DNA of 62,237 nt, the filler included. It is 7 parts of 7 records of this genome, joined end to end, with 100 filler letters (N's around TTAATTAATTAA, not from the genome) between each part and the next. Parts side by side here need not be neighbours in the genome. Positions count along the whole stretch, not along the records: positions 55,411 to 62,237 come from SRR31147125_27212; 6 more parts are not named here. One strand, written 5' to 3'. The notes below the pieces were generated by a model. That model was given only the letters and a program-made list of their open reading frames with translations, did not search any database and had not been told where the DNA came from. Made by a program: the position numbers and the translations under genes. Positions 59,330 to 62,237 of this stretch are shown here, in pieces (the first letter of the stretch is position 1; each line of letters begins with the position of its first letter).

Positions 59330-59783
59330 TCACTTAAAAAGTCTTTCATCAAAATGGAATGGTTCAACATTTTTAATTTCCAATTGATTAGCCACTGAAT
59401 ACCCTGGATTTACCATAATTATAATCGCCATGAACCACAGCAGAAGGCACTTTTAAAACCAAAGCATTGTTCTCTTCTATAAACTTATTTCCTATATTTT
59501 GTGTAACCGACGAATGTGGAAAAAGATGCCAGTCTTCCGGAAGTTCTTTTGTGTCTAATTGGGCTATCTCTATTTCAGGAATCTCTATTTCAATCAGGTG
59601 GTAATCTAAGGGAATCATTCCGAGTGGAGCATGAACAGCTATTTCTGCCAAACACAATGCTCTCGACTCGCTGGTGTACAACATGGCAAAACCTTTGCTA
59701 TTCCATCTTCCCCCTGCAAGCTCTGCCCCTTTCCCCGATAAATCACGGCAAAATTTCTTTTTCGACAAACGAAATACTATCAT
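59330..59783 (-). CDS. RES-domain toxin (frameshift near 59414; the alternative frame gives the expected C-terminus ending at 59330)
   Basis: VFRL, G.GA...GGRWN, YTSES.AL...E, LKVPSAVV; alternative frame continues VNPGYS...EPFHFDERLFK. Confidence 0.85.
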
Positions 59784-60199
59784 GACAGCACACCATGTTC
59801 AATACGTGTTAACTCATCTCGCACCATCATAATTCCAAAGGTGTTATCAAGTAATGAAATTGGTTCAATTCCTCCAAGTGCAATACTTTTCAGATTAAGC
59901 CATTCATGAAAATTATTTTTGTCACCAAATACTTCAACACCCTTGTAAAACAGTAGTTGAATTTCAATTACTCTTTCAGAATAAAGTGGATTTAAAGCAA
60001 TGTTTTCTTTTTTATAGCGCTGAAGAGTACGTTCCGACAGATGAAGAATCTTGCTCCATTCTGCTGCTTTTAAAGGAATTTCGCTTTGAAGTTCAAGAAA
60101 TATGTCGTACTTCATTCCCTCTCTCGACCTTTTAATCAGAACCATCATATTTCGATCGTCCATCGAGCTAAAATCAAATTTATGAGCAGCGCTTGCCAT
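59780..60199 (-). CDS. Xre/MbcA/ParS-type antitoxin
   Basis: HTH (LSERTLQRY), EVFGD...W.....ALGG..P.SLLD..FG...V..EL.RIEHG; ATGA overlap with the RES gene. Confidence 0.9.
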   Translation of the reverse strand: MASAAHKFDFSSMDDRNMMVLIKRSREGMKYDIFLELQSEIPLKAAEWSKILHLSERTLQRYKKENIALNPLYSERVIEIQLLFYKGVEVFGDKNNFHEWLNLKSIALGGIEPISLLDNTFGIMMVRDELTRIEHGVLS

Positions 60200-60309
60200 T
60201 ATTACTTTTTTGTAAATATACGAAACCTTTCGGAAAATATACGCAATTTGTCGCAAGATGTTTTTTATTAAAGATTTGTATCTTCATGCTCAACTTAAAT
60301 CAACTTCAT

Positions 60310-61104
60310 ATGACCAATAAATTTTTTATCACCACATGGCTGGTTTTCTTTGCCGTTGCACTGTCTGCTCAAAATACACAATACGACCTCTACTTACTTA
60401 TTGGCCAGTCGAACATGGCGGGAAGAGGAAAGGTTGAAGCGCAGGATACCTTAATATACCCAAGAGTATTTGCCCTAAATAAAAGCAACGAGTGGGTGCC
60501 GGCACAAGATCCAATTCATTTCGATAAAAAAGCAGCTGGCGTTGGCCTCGGAAGAATTTTTGGTATAGAAATGGCCAAAGCCAATCCGAATGCCAAAATT
60601 GGATTAATTCCTTGCGCTGTGGGAGGTTCTCCAATAGATACGTGGAAACCCGGTGGTTACCACGACCAAACCAAAACATATCCGTGGGAAGACATGGAAA
60701 AACGCCTGAAAATTGCCTTAAAGGATGGTACTTTGAAAGGTATTTTATGGCACCAGGGAGAAAGCGATTCGAATCCGAAACGTTGCTACGAATACAAAGA
60801 GAAACTGGAAGACCTGGTAAAAAGAGTAAGAACATTGGCAAATGCACCCGATGTTCCATTTGTAGCCGGTGAATTTGGACCGTTTAAACTAAAGAAAAGC
60901 AAGAAAAATTACCCTCAACTAAAACCAACACCGGCACAGGTTGTAATGAATGCAACAAAAGAAGTAGTAAAAGCAGATGATAACGCTGCCTTTGTTAAAT
61001 CAAAAAAGCTGGTTCATAAAGGCGACAATACGCATTTCAATTCAGCGTCGTACCACGAACTTGGAAAACGTTATGCCAAGGCAATGCTAAAACTTCAGAA
61101 ATAA
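60310..61104 (+). CDS. SASA-family (sialate O-acetylesterase/CE6-like) carbohydrate esterase
   Basis: Signal peptide; LLIGQSNMAG, CAVGGS, WHQGESD, D..HF. Confidence 0.9.
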   Translation: MTNKFFITTWLVFFAVALSAQNTQYDLYLLIGQSNMAGRGKVEAQDTLIYPRVFALNKSNEWVPAQDPIHFDKKAAGVGLGRIFGIEMAKANPNAKIGLIPCAVGGSPIDTWKPGGYHDQTKTYPWEDMEKRLKIALKDGTLKGILWHQGESDSNPKRCYEYKEKLEDLVKRVRTLANAPDVPFVAGEFGPFKLKKSKKNYPQLKPTPAQVVMNATKEVVKADDNAAFVKSKKLVHKGDNTHFNSASYHELGKRYAKAMLKLQK

Positions 61105-61106
61105 TT

Positions 61107-61766
61107 ATGCCGGGAAATAACCTGAAATATGCTGACAAGTTTGCAAAAGATTACGACAAGTCTGTTTTGCACAACAACTGGAATGGCCCAAAAATCATTT
61201 TTAAAGATACGAAACAATTTATCCCAGCTCAATCACTTATTCTCGACCTTGGAATAGGCACCGGAGAAAGCTCAAAACCTTTCCAGCAAGAAGGTCACAC
61301 GATAAGCGGAGTAGATGGTTCAGGGGAAATGCTGGAGCAATGCAGAATCAAAAAAATTGGTACAGAATTAATTAGGCACGATTTAGAAAAATTCCCATAT
61401 CCTTTAAGTGATAAATTTTTCGATGTTATTATTTCGAACGGCGTATTTCATTTAATTTATCCTTTAGAGCCTATAGTTGCAGAAGCCCAAAGACTATTAA
61501 AACCAGAAGGAATTTTTGCATTCACTTTTGAGAATACAGATGATGTGTCAGAATCGAAGCAGATTAATTCCGGAATTTGGGAAAGAATTACAAAATCGGG
61601 AGTATATGCATATAAATATTCAAACTCTGTTGTTCTTAATTATCTAAAGGAAAACAACTTTATTATTCTTAACCAAACAAAATTCCTTGCATTCACTAAT
61701 CAAAAAATTCCCAAAGACATCTATTTTAATGCAATTGTAGCCCGGTTGCTACCGAATCAGTTGTAA
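61107..61766 (+). CDS. Class I SAM-dependent methyltransferase
   Basis: ILDLGIGTG, GVDGS.EML, FDVIISNGVF, LLKPEG. Confidence 0.88.
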   Translation: MPGNNLKYADKFAKDYDKSVLHNNWNGPKIIFKDTKQFIPAQSLILDLGIGTGESSKPFQQEGHTISGVDGSGEMLEQCRIKKIGTELIRHDLEKFPYPLSDKFFDVIISNGVFHLIYPLEPIVAEAQRLLKPEGIFAFTFENTDDVSESKQINSGIWERITKSGVYAYKYSNSVVLNYLKENNFIILNQTKFLAFTNQKIPKDIYFNAIVARLLPNQL

Positions 61767-62237
61767 CAATATTTTCAACCAGCAAATCCTGACGCGATAC
61801 TTCAATAGCACGTAAAAGAGTTTTATCTATTTGTTTGATTATCGGGTAAAAACCTTCTTCGCCAATAATATTACGGGCGATATATGCTTTTATTTGAGTG
61901 CTAATTATTTCGCCTGACACCTTTAAGCCTTTGGCATCCTTTTTAACGCCTTTATCTTCGGCATAGGCAACAAAGTCTTTCAATGCATTGTTTTTATCCA
62001 GATAGGTATCAAAATCGTCTGCTGAAGCTAATTTGGCAAGATCTGCACGATGCTCATCGGCATAGGCATAAGCAAACGAATAAATCAGACCTTTTCGGTA
62101 AATCTGGTTAAAGTATTCCGAATTGCCTGTGGTATCAACCGGCACAAAAAAGTCGGGCATAATTCCGCCGCCACCATATACAATTCGGCCAGCTTTGGTT
62201 TCGTATTTTAACGAATCGATAAAATGAATACTATCAG
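61726..62237 (-). CDS. S41 (carboxy-terminal processing) peptidase, C-terminal part
   Basis: GRIVYGGGGIMPDFFVP.DT motif typical of Bacteroidota CtpA-like proteases; 5' end lies outside the window. Confidence 0.8.
   Translation of the reverse strand, partial: DSIHFIDSLKYETKAGRIVYGGGGIMPDFFVPVDTTGNSEYFNQIYRKGLIYSFAYAYADEHRADLAKLASADDFDTYLDKNNALKDFVAYAEDKGVKKDAKGLKVSGEIISTQIKAYIARNIIGEEGFYPIIKQIDKTLLRAIEVSRQDLLVENIVTTDSVATGLQLH

Noticed and set aside
309-60872. Numerous 60-190 aa antisense or alternate-frame ORFs in the ORF track
   Set aside because: They lie inside well-supported genes and have no family motifs; treated as shadow ORFs.
61726-61766. 41-nt convergent overlap of methyltransferase and S41 peptidase 3' ends
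   Set aside because: Short tail-to-tail overlaps are common and show no further structure.

Overview
The window is not one locus. It is seven unrelated contigs joined by identical 100-nt spacers (44 N + TTAATTAATTAA + 44 N), so gene neighbourhoods hold only within a contig. Taxonomic labels below are impressions from gene content. Contig 1 (1-6875): a compact SOS mutagenesis operon, lexA - DUF72 - catalytically dead Y-family (ImuB-like) polymerase - error-prone DnaE, with no imuA and a perfect palindrome over the lexA promoter. Contig 2 (6976-15635, Bacteroidota-like): a pectin/rhamnogalacturonan cluster (BNR protein, GH78, ThuA, an FGE-like/PL11 fusion, YhhN, GH28). Contig 3 (15736-21037): TIGR03545-like protein, thioredoxin, a decayed lipA, Tat sulfatase and a hydrolase. 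Contig 4 (21138-29960, Desulfobacterota-like): mlaE and nqrABCDE-F, in which NqrA keeps two complete [4Fe-4S] motifs and an antisense binding-protein gene separates nqrE from nqrF. Contig 5 (30061-39026, FCB-group-like): ECF sigma - FecR - TonB receptor - T9SS cargo, plus a PKD protein. Contig 6 (39127-55310, very AT-rich, Fusobacteriota/Firmicutes-like): diguanylate cyclase, panF, several regulators, ahpC with a stand-alone AhpF N-domain, and a beta-glucoside PTS with RAT/BglG. Contig 7 (55411-62237, Bacteroidota-like): TonB receptor, nadA, Xre-RES toxin-antitoxin, SASA esterase, methyltransferase and S41 protease. Most split genes break at short homopolymer runs and are probably sequencing errors. 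The best candidate for an under-described system is the ImuA-less LexA/DUF72/ImuB-like/DnaE cassette with its own operator.
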